From the NCBI GenBank assembly GCA_951804945.1, contig OX638149.1, forward strand, positions 90,520,001 through 90,584,000: DNA of 64,000 bases. Reading direction: 5' to 3'. Of this stretch, positions 1 through 13,817 are shown piece by piece (position 1 is the first letter of the stretch; each line of letters starts with the position of its first letter). Made by a program: the position numbers and the translations under genes. This DNA is from Podarcis cretensis (taxonomy: Eukaryota). A model generated the notes under the pieces. The model worked only from the letters and a program-made list of their open reading frames with translations, had not been told where the DNA came from and searched no databases.

Positions 1-1525
1 AAGGTTCTGAATGAATAGGAAAAAAATGTCAGCTTCCCTCTGGTGCCAAATAGCAGCTTTTCTGTGATTATTTGTATGTTTTAAACATACTTTATGTATA
101 TATATATAGTTTTAGTTCTGTTAACATTTGCTTGTTTTTTAATTATTATTTATGTTTTTAGTGATTCTTGTTTTTATTTGTAAGCTGCATTGAGTACCTT
201 CAGGGGGAAAAAAAGCTGGGGTATAAAAAACAAACAACCAAACAACAAGGGCTTTTGTTGATGCTGGTACTGCCCTACATTCCCAACTGTGGTCATACCA
301 TAAGTGGCTACCCAGTCCTTCTTCTCCCTCTCCCTCTCCTCTACATGTAAAAAGGGGCACAATTCCCACTCCACAAATGGATCTCTGTGGATAATTTTTT
401 GCTTGATTGCCCAGGTCTCTGTATTTACTTCTGCTAGTATAAGTATAAAATAGCCCAGTATATGTTCATTGTTCATCAAGCCAGTTGCTTACACTTAGGC
501 TGCTATAAGCAGCAGCCTATTTCCACAACCGTGGAATTATAGTTGGGGCAACTAGAGCACCAAAGAAAGCTGATCCGGTGCAGCTAAAGAGCCTTCTGTA
601 TTCAAGCTGGTATCCCAGGAAGGATGGAAATGGCTTCTGGGCATCCACTGCAAAATGGACCGATTGTTTGCTGTGTTCCTGTGAAGACAGGCAGCTGTCT
701 TTGATTTGCCCTGGGCTGAGAGTCTCTTTTTGTTACAGTCCATGCAGGCACATGGTGTGCTGCGAAAGTGGAAGAGATATAAACTTAGCTGTCTCTCTCA
801 TTGCACAGCGCTGTCATCTTTTTCTTTTTCCTGAATGGGGAGGGAAGGGGGGGGGATCTTGTTCTAAATACCTTGTATGTCCATTCAGAGAACGACAAGT
901 GTGCTTCCTTTTTACTCTGCGAATGGCACGAGATCTCCCTCCCTCTTTGCTTAGAGGCTGACTTTGCTACGTGACACACAAGCCGAACATGACTTGTTTT
1001 TGGCAGCGGTGCTAACATTCCGGTGGTCTCAGGCCCCTCTGGAGTTTGACGAGCAGCACAACTGGGGATGTCATGAGGAGGAGGATTCTGCCTCCTAGGA
1101 TGATCTGCATTCAGTTACTGTCCTTTGCACTACTTCCATCAGAATAAGCTGCTGTACAAAAACCTGCAGATAGCTGCATGCTTCCTCTCGCCATTAGAAC
1201 CTCCCCCCTGGAGCAAAAGGTGTATAAATACATTTTATTAAGACCCAGCTGAAATGTCACAGAGTAGTGAGCAAGCTTCTGAGCCTCCCAGAACTTGTCT
1301 TCAGAGAAATGATTTCCAGTAAAATGGTAAAAATGGGGGCATGGGAGGAGAAAAGATGTTTCACAGCAGGATTTTTGAAAAAGACCCACGATCAGCAGTG
1401 TAAACAGAGTAGACAGTATATAGACTTCAGAATACTAGATCAAGACTAGGTGCAGAGCAGATTTTGGGTTGTGCCAAGGGCTACAGGGAAAAAGAAGCAA
1501 GAACTGTTTTTCAGAAAACATAATA

Positions 1526-1883
1526 AAGGTAAAGGTAAAGGGACCCCTGACCATTAGGTCCAGTCGTGGCTGACTCTGGGGTTACGGCACTCATTTCACT
1601 TTATTGGCCGAGGGAGCCAGCGTACAGTTTTGGGGTCATGTGGCCAGCATGACTAAGCCGCTTCTGGTGAACTAGAGCAGTGCACAGAAATGCCATTTAC
1701 CTTCCCGCTGGAGCGGTACCTATTTATCTACTTGCACTTTGACATGCTGTCGAACTGCTAGGTTGGCAGGAGCAGGGACAGAGCAATGGGAGCTCACCCT
1801 GTCGTGGGGATTCAAACCACCGACCTTCTGATTGGCAAGTCCTAGGCTCTGTGGTTTAACCCACAGAGCCACCCACGTCCCTT
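1526..1883 (-). mobile_element. Sauria-type SINE, full length
   Basis: Minus strand starts with a tRNA-like head (GGGACGTGGGTGGCTCTGTGGGTTAAACC) and ends in (ACCTTT)n; 13-bp TSD AGAAAACATAATA at 1513-1525 and 1884-1896. Confidence 0.9.
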
Positions 1884-2699
1884 AGAAAACATAATAGCCA
1901 GTAGCTATTTGCATCTACCTGTTGCTCTTTTATAAAATTCTTGATTAATGTTCACCTCTTATATCAGAATTGATGCAATGAAACATGAATAGTTAAGCCA
2001 AAAGAACAGAAAACAAGCTGCTCCAAGTACAAAATATTCCCAAGCTGAAGCTGACAATCCATGGGCAATATTGGCTCCTCCTTATGCATTGTTGGGCGAT
2101 CTAGTTTTCTATGCAACTGTGGCACTGACTCACTTGCAATTGCTTGCTCAGATGTGATAGGCTCTTGATAGCTTACATAGCATTATAGTGGCAAAAAGTA
2201 TCTGCTGTGACGGCCAATTAATACTGTTTGTGTACATGTCTAGAGTTCCTCACATCTATTAGGAACATAGATCGGTATTACTGGTTCACAGTGATATCCC
2301 TGTATTGAAGGGAGATGGGGACACTGCAACTTGAGGCTGAGAGAGTGACTTATAAATTCATTGCTCAAAGGCAAGCTTTGAACCAAGGGCCTTCTGCTTC
2401 ACAATTCATTTTCTTCAGCTACGGCACCAAATTGGCTTTCAGTTCAAAGCTCGCCTTGGGCACAAGCTTAGTAGTCACATGAAAGCTGCTACTACCTCAG
2501 CCCCATTAGCATTATGGTAAAAGTATGTACCTTAAGGAAAACTTGCTCTTCAGCCTCCCCAGATGTTGACCTACTGCATTCCTTCAGGCTTGCATGCAAA
2601 AGATCCCAGGTTTCATTCTGGGATCCAAGAAAGCTATTTTAAGATATATTCAATGTAAGATACCAGCATCTGATATGAATGCAGCTGAAAGAGATGTGG

Positions 2700-3032
2700 A
2701 TTGCCATAACTCAAGTGGTAGAGCATCTGCTTTGAATACAGAAGGTCCCAGGTTCAATCGCCAGCATCTCCAGGCAGGGCTAGGAGATGAACCCTTGTCT
2801 GAATCTTTGAGAGCCACTTCCAGTCAGTGTAGACCAGGGTTTCCCAAACATGGGTCTCCATCTGTTTCTGGACTACAGTCCCCATCATCCCTAGCTAGCA
2901 GGACCATTGGTCAGGGATGATGTGAACTGTAGTCCAGAAACAGCTGGAGACCCAAGTTTGGGAAACCCTGGTGTAAACAATGCTGAGCTAGAGGGACCAA
3001 TGGTCTGACTTTGAATAAAGTAGCTTCCTATG
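2700..3032 (+). mobile_element. tRNA-derived squamate SINE interrupted by a MITE
   Basis: A/B-box-like head (ctcaagtggtagagcat...ggttcaatc) and tail ...tggtctgact...gcttcctatg; related remnants near 19830-19930 (-) and 47950-48080 (+). Confidence 0.7.
2835..2970. mobile_element. hAT MITE nested in SINE
   Basis: TIR CAGGGTTTCCCAAAC / GTTTGGGAAACCCTG, palindromic body, 8-bp TSD GTGTAGAC/GTGTAAAC. Confidence 0.85.
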
Positions 3033-4423
3033 TAGCTCACAGTGTGGGTGGTGACCAGGGGCAAGAATTTTCATCTGTGACACACTGATTGTAGAATTCC
3101 CTCCATCAAACTGGCTTTGTGTCTGCTTTGCTATCTCTTAGGTACCAGACTTGTAACTATTATGTTCTTCATAAATACCAGTAGTTTTATTGCATAGCCT
3201 ACTCTTTCCTTTCAAGAGAGTGTGTGTTTGCATTTACTTTTTGTATTTAAGTTTGCATTCACTTTTTAAATTCTCACTGCAGACTTCTCGGGGGTGTATA
3301 TTATTAAGAGTGGCACATAATGTTTATGTATTATAGTGCTTGCAAATGGATGCTTATCAAGAACTGATCCTGGTTTCATGCATGGCAGCTGCTGACATGA
3401 CGCGCAGTTTTCTCATGCCTCTTTCTGTTACACCTGGAGTTGCTCGAAGGCTCCGCTTGTGCAGGGAAGCAGCCTTGCTCTGCTGGCAGGGAACAGGTGG
3501 GCTGCATATGCAGACATTCCCTGCTTGTGGGAGTGGTTGGCAGGGAAAGCATCAATGCTAAAAATAATTCCCAGCATGTTCTTTTGACTTACAGAGAGAG
3601 TTGTGGTTGAGTACAGAGCACCAGTTAGGGTCTTCTGTGGGAGGGAGGAATGCTAGAAATGATGTTGGGCATGGACTTGTTCTGTTGGTTAGAGAAGTGA
3701 GAATATGGTTACAGCCTACTTTGGTCAAAGCAATAGCTCATCTGCTCTCCATAGGTCAACCTTTCCCAACTTGGTATCTCCAGAGTTTTGGACAACAACT
3801 ACCATCTTTCCTAACCAGTGGCCATGCTGGATGGGGCTGATGTGAGCCATAGTCCAGAATGTTTGGAAGGTACCAGGTTGGGGAAGCCAGTTTCTTTCTC
3901 CACTCCCCCCTTCTAACTTTTTATTTTGTGGTACTCATTTAGCTACAGAGACATTTGGGTGTGTAGGAATAATGAGCCTCTCTTGTGATTGAAGGGTGGA
4001 GGATTCCGAAAATGGAAAAGGGTTCCTTAAAGCAGCAAAGTTACTAGCTGAAAATGTTCGTATCAACTGTCTAAATAGCAAATCTGTTCTCGGGAATCAA
4101 CTGTGAGCTGCTGGGATTGATTAAACAACCTTATCCATCCTGCTCCTTTCCTTTTACTGTAAACACTGGGGTTGGAGCACTAGACTGTTGAAATAAGGGA
4201 ACACTCTCTGATTAATAAAATGACATCATAAAAAGTCCTTAACCTGGCACATAAGTGAAGGCTTTGTTTGGGGATAGTGTTCCATAAATGGAGCATCACC
4301 ACTAAGAAGGCCCTCTCTCTGTTTGCTGCTCCCATGGTGAAAGCATAGTGAAAGGCTGATCCTAGAGATTAGGCAGGTTCACAGGGGAGAAGGCTGTTCT
4401 TCTAAGCATCCTGATCTTTGCAG

Positions 4424-4560
4424 CAGGGTTGGTGAATCTGTGGGCCTTCAGTTGTTGTTGAACTACAAATCCCACAACCCCTGACCGTTGACCATGCTGC
4501 TTGGGGCTGATGGGAGTTGGAGGCTAATAACATCTGGAGGACCACAGGTTCCCCACCCTG
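4424..4560. mobile_element. hAT MITE (gaactaca..cccatca / gatgggagttg family)
   Basis: CAGGG...CCCTG ends and the same internal motifs as 2835-2970; another copy at about 3753-3889. Confidence 0.7.
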
Positions 4561-4685
4561 TCTCGAGAGCATGAAAGATCAACACCAGCACTTTTGATTA
4601 ATTGTGCCTGGAAACAAACTGTTGCCTTTTATTTTATTTTGCTGTTGTGCAGCCTACTTACTGGTTCCATTTACTGTCTTTTCAG

Positions 4686-4740
4686 ACAGAGGGAAGCAAG
4701 CTGCAGAAGGATCTCCGGACATACCTGGCTTCAGTAAAAG
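4686..4740 (+). CDS. BIN1: BIN1 exon 3 (BAR): TEGSKLQKDLRTYLASVK
   Basis: ttttcag|ACAGAG...GTAAAAG|gtaac, 55 nt, phase 0-1. Confidence 0.96.
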
Positions 4741-5959
4741 GTAACACCTGGAAAAATTGCTGTGATGTCATTCTCCCCACAGAAGACAATTCTAGAAATG
4801 CTCTCAGGGCTTGTGTGTGTTTTATTCATGGTGTCAAGAGTGGCCAGCATGGTGGGGCGATGCCACAGAACTGCCCTCCCACAACAGCGGAGTTACTGCT
4901 ACTTACCTGGACAGTTCTGGGATGGGGTAAGGTGGAAGTGAGGTCAGGGCTGTATGGGTGCACCAGAGGGAGCACTGGATTAGGCTATGCCACTGTGCCT
5001 ACATAGTCCCAACCACACCGTGGCATTGACCCCTCCCTACCCTGCTCAGGTAAGCAGCAGTGCTCTGCCCCACCACACTGGCCACTCCAGTATACCAGCC
5101 AAGAGGCACTGTCTGCATTAACTAGAGAAAACTTCACATACAGAACTAAGCAGTTACAGGAACTTTCAGTGGAGGACAGCAAATATCTGTCAGGGGCAGC
5201 TGCTACTTTGTTCTAATGTAGCATGGGAAGTTCTCATCCCCTGGGTGCATGCCACAAAAACACAATGTTCAGACAAGACTCCAGTGGTGTTTATAAATGC
5301 TGGGATCACTTGCTATCAAGGGATTTGCCCTCTGTGGCATTTCATGTGCTCAGTAACCGGTAAGTGGCATCTTCTATAAGATGCACTTATTCCTTTGATA
5401 CAGGATGGAGTTTAGACAAACAATCGAAATGGGAAGCTTATCTTCTCAGTTGGTCCCTCTCTCCCCTTTCTCTTTCTAATATTTTTGTTTATATATAGGA
5501 TCTCTAATATGCTTTCTATGATTATAGAGAGGGGAGAAGGGAGAGAAAAAGAAATCCAGTCCATTTTAAAAATTGACTAAGTAAATACTTAAAATGTAAA
5601 CGCAAACCCTATCCCACCTATCTATCTATGTTCAGATCTAAAAATTGGCCACTTCCAAAAGTATTGGTTTACACATTTTTGAAACAAAAATTTATACTTC
5701 TCTCTTGAATGCCTGCACTAGAGGAATATATGTTATATATATAATGGCTCTTGGTCTGTGTGTGTGTGTGTTGCCTCTGTGTTATATGCCCTGCTTTGCT
5801 TGCCTTGGAAACATTCTCTTAAAGAATTGTCATGGGTTTGGGATAAGGCCTTGGTCAATAAGGAAGATACATTTCCCCTGTTCGCTTTTTGGGTTGGGTA
5901 CTTGATGGGACGCTACTGTGTCATTGAAAATTTGGAGTCTCTTTTTTTCTATCTCCAAG

Positions 5960-6054
5960 CAATGCACGAAGCCTCCAAGAAACTGACAGAGTGTTTGCAA
6001 GAAGTGTATGAGCCAGATTGGCCGGGAAGAGATGATACTAACAAAATATCAGAG
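5960..6054 (+). CDS. BIN1: BIN1 exon 4 (BAR): [32 protein letters not shown]
   Basis: ctccaag|CAATG...TCAGAG|gtgagg, 95 nt. Confidence 0.96.
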
Positions 6055-6229
6055 GTGAGGTTCTGTTCCATTAGCATCACTTATGTATTATGATCTGCAT
6101 TCCCTCATTCATTCATAGGGACTATAGCTGTTGAACTGATTTTGGGGTTATAGCACAGTGACCTGGTTTGGACAACACCACTGTATCTATCAGTGCATGT
6201 ATCCCAGCCAATGCAGCAAAATGTGATAC

Positions 6230-6377
6230 CTGTGGATAGCTCAGTCGGTAGAATAAGTGACAATCTCAGGGTTGTGGGTTTGAGCCCCACATTGGGCAAA
6301 CGATTCCTGTATTATAAGGGGTTGGATTGGATGACGCTTGTGGTCCCTTCCAATTCTACAATTCTATGATTCTATGA
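6230..6377 (+). mobile_element. tRNA-derived SINE with CR1-type 3' tail
   Basis: gatagctcagtcggtaga...ggtttgagcccc head; tail ggtcccttccaa...(attctatg)n. Confidence 0.75.
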
Positions 6378-6664
6378 ATAAATCTGCTGAAGCCTCTGGC
6401 ATGCACACTGCCCCTTACCCCTTCTCCAGTGTGGTCCCAAGGAACTTGTTGGAGGCATCCTGTGTACAGGAGCGGTCAGTGAGGAGGCACTCCTGCCATT
6501 GTGCCTACACAGTATCAACCTCTTCACCACATCTCCCTCTTGATAAGCAGCAGGAACTCTGCTGCTGGGAGGCTAGGTGTGCAGTAGCAGCCCTCGCCAC
6601 TGACTGCTCCCGATCTTGCTTGTCCATGATTTATCATTAAGACTGAAAATGTTTTAGTAAACTA

Positions 6665-6902
6665 CAGTGGAACCTTGGTTCTTGAATGTAATCTGTTCCA
6701 GACGTCCATTCGACTCCCAAAACCGTTCAAAAACCAAGGCGCGGCTTCTGATTGGCTGATCTTCCTGCACTCAAGCGGAAGCTGCATTGGACATTTGGCT
6801 TCTGAAAACCATTTGAAAACTGGAATACTTACTTCTGGGTTTTCGGGATCCAGGAGCCGATTTGTTTGCCAATTAAGCCATTTGAGAACCAAGGTTCCAC
6901 TG
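6665..6902. mobile_element. Tc1/mariner (Tigger-like) MITE
   Basis: TIR CAGTGGAACCTTGGTTCT / AGAACCAAGGTTCCACTG flanked by TA. Confidence 0.85.
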
Positions 6903-7661
6903 TATAGTGAAATTGACCACAGCTTTTCCCTTTCAGCTATAACCAAAAACTGTTGTTAGGTTTAAGTAGGAAGTGGGTGCTTCCTCCTTGTGGCCTCACC
7001 AGAGGAAGTAGGGGGAGAGTGGAGTGGGAGGAACATATGAGCCCATGGCTTAAGCAGGCTTGTTCTTATAATGTCATGTCATTGGAACCAGGCCAATGCA
7101 TTCTGTGCCACACTACACCAGCCATGTGATCTTAAATATTCTGCATTGTAACAAGAAAAGCATAATGTTTCACCTTAAGCTATAATGATGCAGCTGTTGG
7201 TATGCATTGCCTCCCTTCTCTACTGACTGCTTCTGGCCCCCACCTGCAGCATGGCAGACAGAAATTCTGCAGACCCAGCTCTCCTTTGCTGGATGGGAGA
7301 TGTAGTGACAATGAATTCTTTACCTGTTGAATTCCAGGAGGTCTGTGTAGCATTTGAAGTTACAGGAGCTTTGTAAAAGCGAAGAAAAAGAAGAGGTTAG
7401 GCATAGTTTCCATTGTTGTTTTTTTTAAACGCACACCTCTTTAGAAAGTAGATATAAGCATAACAAACATATTTGTGACATGTATGAGACATGTATCTTA
7501 CAGGTACTCCTATCAGTGTATTGAGATCAATGGCAGCTCGTTGCTAAGTCTGGGTTTGCTCTCCAGACAAATGTGTGAAATGAGCCACAAGGAAGCATAG
7601 TGTTGCCATGTTTTTGCACTGTTGCTGCTGATAGATTACATGTTTCCTTATATTCTTCTAG

Positions 7662-7970
<309 letters not shown>

Positions 7971-9119
7971 TAGACCACTGCGCAAGACTTGAAGATGAAT
8001 CTTTACTTGCCAGGATGGCAACAACTGAAACCGAGTTCAATACAATTTGTTTCTCTCCCTTGAGCCCTAGAGAGGACTTCTTGCTCTAAAAACACAGTCT
8101 TCCGTAGCAATGAATAAATCATTAGTTCAGAGCTTGCCTGTCTTCATAAACACATGAAAACAAATACAATATGATTTTAAAACGCACAACCAATAATTAA
8201 CATACTGCTAGCCTTGGTGTGACTAAAAACATAAAAACCACACTAGTAATCTGGGAGCAGTGTTTCTACTAGATGTTGGAGGGTAAAAGCCCTCCAGAAC
8301 AATTCTAGTTTTTCATGAAACTAGTGTGTTGAAATGTGTCCTCCAAATTCTGAAAATATTTCCTTCCCTGAGAAGCAGATTTCCTTTTTCCCCTGCTTCA
8401 TTCTCAGGGCAGAATTCCCTTAGAATTTTCAGTGTGGGTGGGGTTTTGATCTTATCTTATTGTTGTTCAGGGGCTGAGGGTGTCTGTGCAGTTTCTTTCC
8501 AGTAAACATTTCTGTAGGACATGGGCACCCAGGAAGGCTGCAGCATGCAACCACTGGTGAGATGATTTGTAGAATGAAAGAAAGAGCAGTGACAAACACT
8601 GACTGACCACCTCAAAAGGGAAGATAAGCACCACAAAAGCCTTGCACCCCCACCCATGAGCATTTCACTAAAGTTTTCTCTGTCCTTTTTTTTATAAATT
8701 TCAAATTCATTTTCTTTCCTCATTATTTGACAGAGGATGATTAAAAAAGACACATTGGAGAAATCATTGGCACAGCACCAGAGATAGAATTAGGGAGGAG
8801 GGGGCTAGATGAATCTTATTTGCAATAAGAGGTTTGCCAACATTATAGAATGTGTGTTGCATCAGGAAGCACTATTCAGTATGATGAAAAAGATTCCTTG
8901 CTCAATTTCCTGGCAGATGTTAACTTCTGTGTTACACTGCCCCTCCCCATGTAACATGCACAAATACTTTCTTTTATAGTTTCCTCTTTCAGATACATAA
9001 TTTTCTCCCCCTGCATCCAATTCTGATCCATTTATCTGATGGCCTTAAGCATATATAAGATTAGCATGGGAACAAGATCTGTTCAGGGTTTTTTTTGGTC
9101 TCATTTAATTTCTACACTC

Positions 9120-9157
<38 letters not shown>
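9120..9157. repeat. (AAT)n microsatellite
   Basis: direct reading. Confidence 0.95.
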
Positions 9158-9158
<1 letters not shown>

Positions 9159-11768
9159 ATGTATAATGAAGTGGTACCTTTTCTTTACTTTGCCTAAAGC
9201 TCTTTAAAAAATCAAAAGTCCTAAAAGCCAACATCGGACTGTGCATATTTTGTGCAAAAATGCACATTCTGCACATCACTTGCTCTGCATCACAAGAGCT
9301 GAAGCTGTGCATGTAGAATATATTATGTAAACAAAGACTATGTAAATCTTAATTTAATTTATGCAGTTCTGCAATATATATATATAGATGTGAATTAAAG
9401 AAAGTTCATTTGAAAAATTTCAAATAAATAAATAATGCATTTGTGGATGAATTATTCTCTTTTGTAAATATATGAAGATATAGCTATTTTCAGCAGAAGG
9501 GTCCGGCTTCTTATTCTTTCTCTCCTTCCTTTAATACCCCCTCTCCCCTGAAGGAAACATCATAACAAGGAATCCATTATTGCTGGCTATGTACTTTTCA
9601 GGGATGGCTTGCATCTGGCAAAGTTATTTGGGGGGGGGGAGTTTTTTTTTAAAAAAGGCATAGATTTGCTAGGGATAATTCCAGTCCTCTCTTGAGAACT
9701 TTCCCAAATGCTGGATTCTATCCTGTGACTGCTCCTCTTCCAATTCCTGAATGGCTTTGAGAAGGTTGAAAAAAGGAGATGTATTTGCCATATGGCAGTA
9801 CTTGTAACTACGTTCCCACATGGAAAAGGTCAGCTTGGCTTTCTCCCAGTGAAATCAGATACCCCGTTTAACCCCCTTAGCTGAATCCCAAATGGGAGAC
9901 AAAAGCAAGCTGCCTCCCTTCCTCCTTCAATTAATCCATTCTGCAAAAGATACTGTGTTTATGTGTTTTTTCCTCCATTTAGTATCAGGCAGCTACACGG
10001 ATAACCTGTGGCTGTAGTTTTTCTTTAGTTAGTGCCATATGTAAGTTTCTGCCGCCCTGGTTGGCCACTTGCTGGAAACTCTTCAGCAGGAACAGCTTAG
10101 AGCTCAGGAGAGCCTCCTTTTCATAACTCTGTCAACAGTCAGTGGCTGTCAGACTATATATATAGAAATTGAGGGCTCCCCCCTCCTCAGTTTAGAGTTC
10201 ACACTCTAGTTAATTTGCACCCAGAAGACCCCTTCTGCCTGGGGTATGGGAAAGTGTTTTTATGAATGTATCACCCTTGGGTGGTTGCAGGGTATTAAAA
10301 CATCTGTATTTTAATTAAGGAAATGCAGAAGCTACATTAATTCCTTGGTGTTCCAAAGGATCTTGAGATTTCATTGAGCTCCTCTAAATAGTGGGAAGGA
10401 CTTCCACTGTTATTGTTGTTTACTTAGAAGTAATAAGTTCCACTGAATTTTGCATGGTGTTCCAAAGTTCAGTGCGCATAGGATTGTAGCTTTGCAGCAG
10501 CACAGCATAATTCTGTACACACTCCCTGAGACTAAGCCCAATTGAACACATTGGAACTTAGTTTTGAGAAAACATCATATTGCACTGTTAGGGGCCTCCT
10601 CATTTCATGGCATTTCATCTCTCTCTCTCCCCCTCCCTCCCTCCCTCCCTCTCCACCCTCATCTTATTTATCACATGTGCTCAGGAGGGTGTACATGGGG
10701 TTATCCCATTTTTAATCCTCATAGCAACCCTATAGATAGGTCAGGTTGAGACTTTGCCCAAGTTCATCTAATATGGGTCCTGAACCCAGGTCTCTATTGT
10801 CCATGTACAATAGTTTCTCCACTCCATCCCACTCACTTTTCTTACTATTAGTTGAGAATGTTTCAGACAGTAGAGGTGAAATAACCAGCTGTTTTACATG
10901 CATCTTTTCCATAACCACTGAAATGTTAGTAGGTGAATCTTTCTGGTGGCTTTAAAGGCCTTTTTAATTTAAAGTGGCTTCCTTGTTAAGAGCATCTGGA
11001 ATCTGTTCTGGTGTTTTTAATTCCGCTGAGTTCTTGAAAGATGCCCAGTGGCTGCATTCAGTGCTGTACTGGGAATTTAATTAAACCAGAGATGGATGAA
11101 GCATGAATGAACTGCAGCTGGTCTGGCAAGCCCAGGAAAGGGGTGAGAGTGTGCACAATGGACAGACTGAGAAATAGATGCAACAAAAGCCACATGTTCT
11201 TAAAAGAGGACACTGCGTAATTCCTTGAAGTGTTTACATGGTTTGTTGTTAGACTTGGCAAACGTAACACTTCATGCCAGTTGTTCCTGAATTGTCACCT
11301 ACTATTTGAAGAAGTTTAGCAGTTATTGAAGAGGGCGGCTTCTGACTGTGGAATGTGATGTCCAATCTACCTTCAGTGGGTTTTGCCACATTTATTTTAT
11401 TTATTTCATTTGTGTATTGCTTCCCATGAAACACCTTGAATTGATGAATAATAGAATAGAAGCCCAGTGCAGATAGAGTCTGGGATAAGAATCTCCATGT
11501 CAAAAGGCTTGTAGAAAACAGAGGGTCTTCAACAGATGCTGAAAAGGCAGTAGAGACAGTGGCTGTCTGATACAATCATTTGATTTGATGTTTTTAGCAC
11601 CCGTTAAAGAATTACCTCTTCATCATGTCCTTTTGGAGGAAGTTAATCTGGATGAGATTAACTATGAATTGACATCTGCTTTCTCTATTGTACTATGGAT
11701 GCTATTTTAATGTTGGTTTTAAATTGTTTATTAGCGTTTGGAACCACCTTGTGATCATAAGTGGTGTA

Positions 11769-12019
11769 CAGTTGTACCTTGGATCCTGAACGCCCTGGAA
11801 CTCGGACGTTTTGGCTCCTGAATGCTGCAAACCTGGAAGTGATTGTTCTGGTTTGTGAACGTTCTTTTGGAACCCGAACATCCGATGGGGCTTCTGCGGC
11901 TTCTGATTGGTTGCAGTAGCTTCCTTCAGCCAATCAGAAGCCACGATTTGGTTTTTGAACGTTTTGGAAGTAGAACGGACTTCTGGAATGGATTCCATTC
12001 CATTTCCAAGGTATTACTG
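11769..12019. mobile_element. Tc1/mariner (Tigger-like) MITE
   Basis: TA|CAGTTGTACCTTGG...CCAAGGTATTACTG|TA; internal gcggcttctgattgg shared with 6665-6902. Confidence 0.8.
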
Positions 12020-13073
12020 TAATAGGAAACTGAATGTACGAACATGGACCACTTTTGCTGTGGGAAGATGGTTATAGCTTATATAATGTGATGAACTGCT
12101 AATGGGGGTATAATGTTGTTGTTTTATTGTGTTTAGTGTTTTGATGTTTTTGTAATTGACATTTTAAATAGTTAATATTTTCACCAGCCTTTTAGAAGGA
12201 AAGGCCGAGGTACGAATGCTTCATAAAAATAAAACCAATCTGTATGGGCTAGGTTAGGCTGAGTAAGGATTTGTATCCCATGGAGGTTACTGGACCGTGG
12301 AGTCAATCAGACCTTTCCTTCTGGTGCAAAGAGCTGATTCCCCCTCTCTATGTGCCAATGTCCTCAGGGTCTGTGGGGTGACAAGCAGCTGCATTTGGTG
12401 TGAATTTGTGTTCTGAAGATTGTTCCTTGACTTCCAGACACTTTCAGTGTGGGAAAAACTACTGACCCCTGCTAGTGCTCTTTCAATTGCTAACATGAAT
12501 TTAGAATCACAACTCAGTATTACTTGCTCAGTATTACTGAATGGTCAGATTTATTTAATTTCATCCTGAAAAATAAACAAAAACCTTTTTTGACATTTGA
12601 CCATATAAGGGTGGATTTAAAAGAGTTTCTGCTTGGCAGAATGACAAGGAACATTTTTTATGTGGGAAGTTGCCATTGGAGATCATCCTCGATTGTGTAA
12701 TAAAATGGATACTTAAAAGCAATGTTAGCGAGATATTGGCTAATGCCTGTAATTGATCTCAATATTTACAAACAATCTTGTTGAACAACTTACCTCTGTG
12801 CGAATGGTATATACACATGCAATGAATGGTGGGGTCAGGGAAAGGGGAATAGGGGGTTCTTTATCTGTATTTACTATTGTATAATCCGTCTGGTACGTTT
12901 CCACAGCCACCGAATTCCCGTAACGCAGCACCCGCTTGACATTTACTACTGAAAATGCATGAATAAAGACGAAGAAAATTACACAGCATTCTTGCTAAAT
13001 AGTGAAATTTCCTTGCTTATTGCCTGTTAAGGATGCTGCTATACTAATGCTAATTGGAGTCTTTCCATGCTCA

Positions 13074-13241
13074 CAGTGGCGTAGCGTGGGTTGTCAGCAC
13101 CCGGGGTAAGGCAAGTAATTTGCGCCCCCTAACCCGTGGATTTGTGCCCCCTAACCCGTGGATTTGCGCCCCCTAACCCTAACCCCCAGATGTTGCGCCT
13201 GGTGCGGCCGGCCCCCCCTGCACCCCCACGCTACGCCACTG
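13074..13241. mobile_element. Young hAT MITE
   Basis: Perfect TIR CAGTGGCGTAGCGTGGG, perfect 8-bp TSD CATGCTCA (13066-13073, 13242-13249). Confidence 0.9.
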
Positions 13242-13632
13242 CATGCTCAAGATTTATGTAGTTTGTAGCCAAAATCACTCCACTGATACACAAAAGAGAA
13301 GCACTATCAGACTCTGTGTAACCCTGAAGTATTCACACACACACACAACTTTATTTTTCAGGGAAACCCTCCTGAAATTCCCTCTCTAAAAACTCTCCAG
13401 TTCTGTAATAACTCCTGTGTAGGGAAAGGTTGAATGGATGTCTTTTGATTTCTACTGACCACCTTGCCACTTTAGAATGTTTCAGTGTAAACAATTGCAG
13501 AGTGTTGGCATCCTGAGCAGTATGTATGTGAGCTGTAGACGACTGTAAAGATAATTAGTCCACTAATTAGCATGGCTTTGGTGTTCAAATGATATTTTTC
13601 TTCCTTTCTTTCCCCTCTCCACCTTCTTCCAG

Positions 13633-13740
13633 TCTCGCATTGCTAAGCGGGGAAGGAAACTTGTAGATTACGACAGTGCCAGGCACCATTATGAATCTCT
13701 ACAGACTGCAAAGAAAAAAGATGAAGCTAAAATTGCCAAG
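13633..13740 (+). CDS. BIN1: BIN1 exon 6 (BAR): [36 protein letters not shown]
   Basis: cttccag|TCTCGC...GCCAAG|gtaaag, 108 nt. Confidence 0.97.
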
Positions 13741-13776
13741 GTAAAGTGCCTTTGATCAGATATGACATCCTAAATC

Positions 13777-13778
<2 letters not shown>

Positions 13779-13815
<37 letters not shown>
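13779..13815. repeat. (CT)n microsatellite
   Basis: direct reading. Confidence 0.95.

Positions 13816-13817
<2 letters not shown>

Noticed and set aside
1-4685. BIN1 exons 1-2 or promoter
   Set aside because: No match to the expected N-terminal peptides was found and there is no CpG island; the region is interpreted as intron 2.
6230-6300. tRNA gene
   Set aside because: It is a degenerate tRNA-like SINE head followed by a CR1-type tail, not an intact cloverleaf.
13115-13190. CRISPR-like or interstitial telomere array
   Set aside because: The context is eukaryotic, the repeats lack spacers and they are internal to a MITE.
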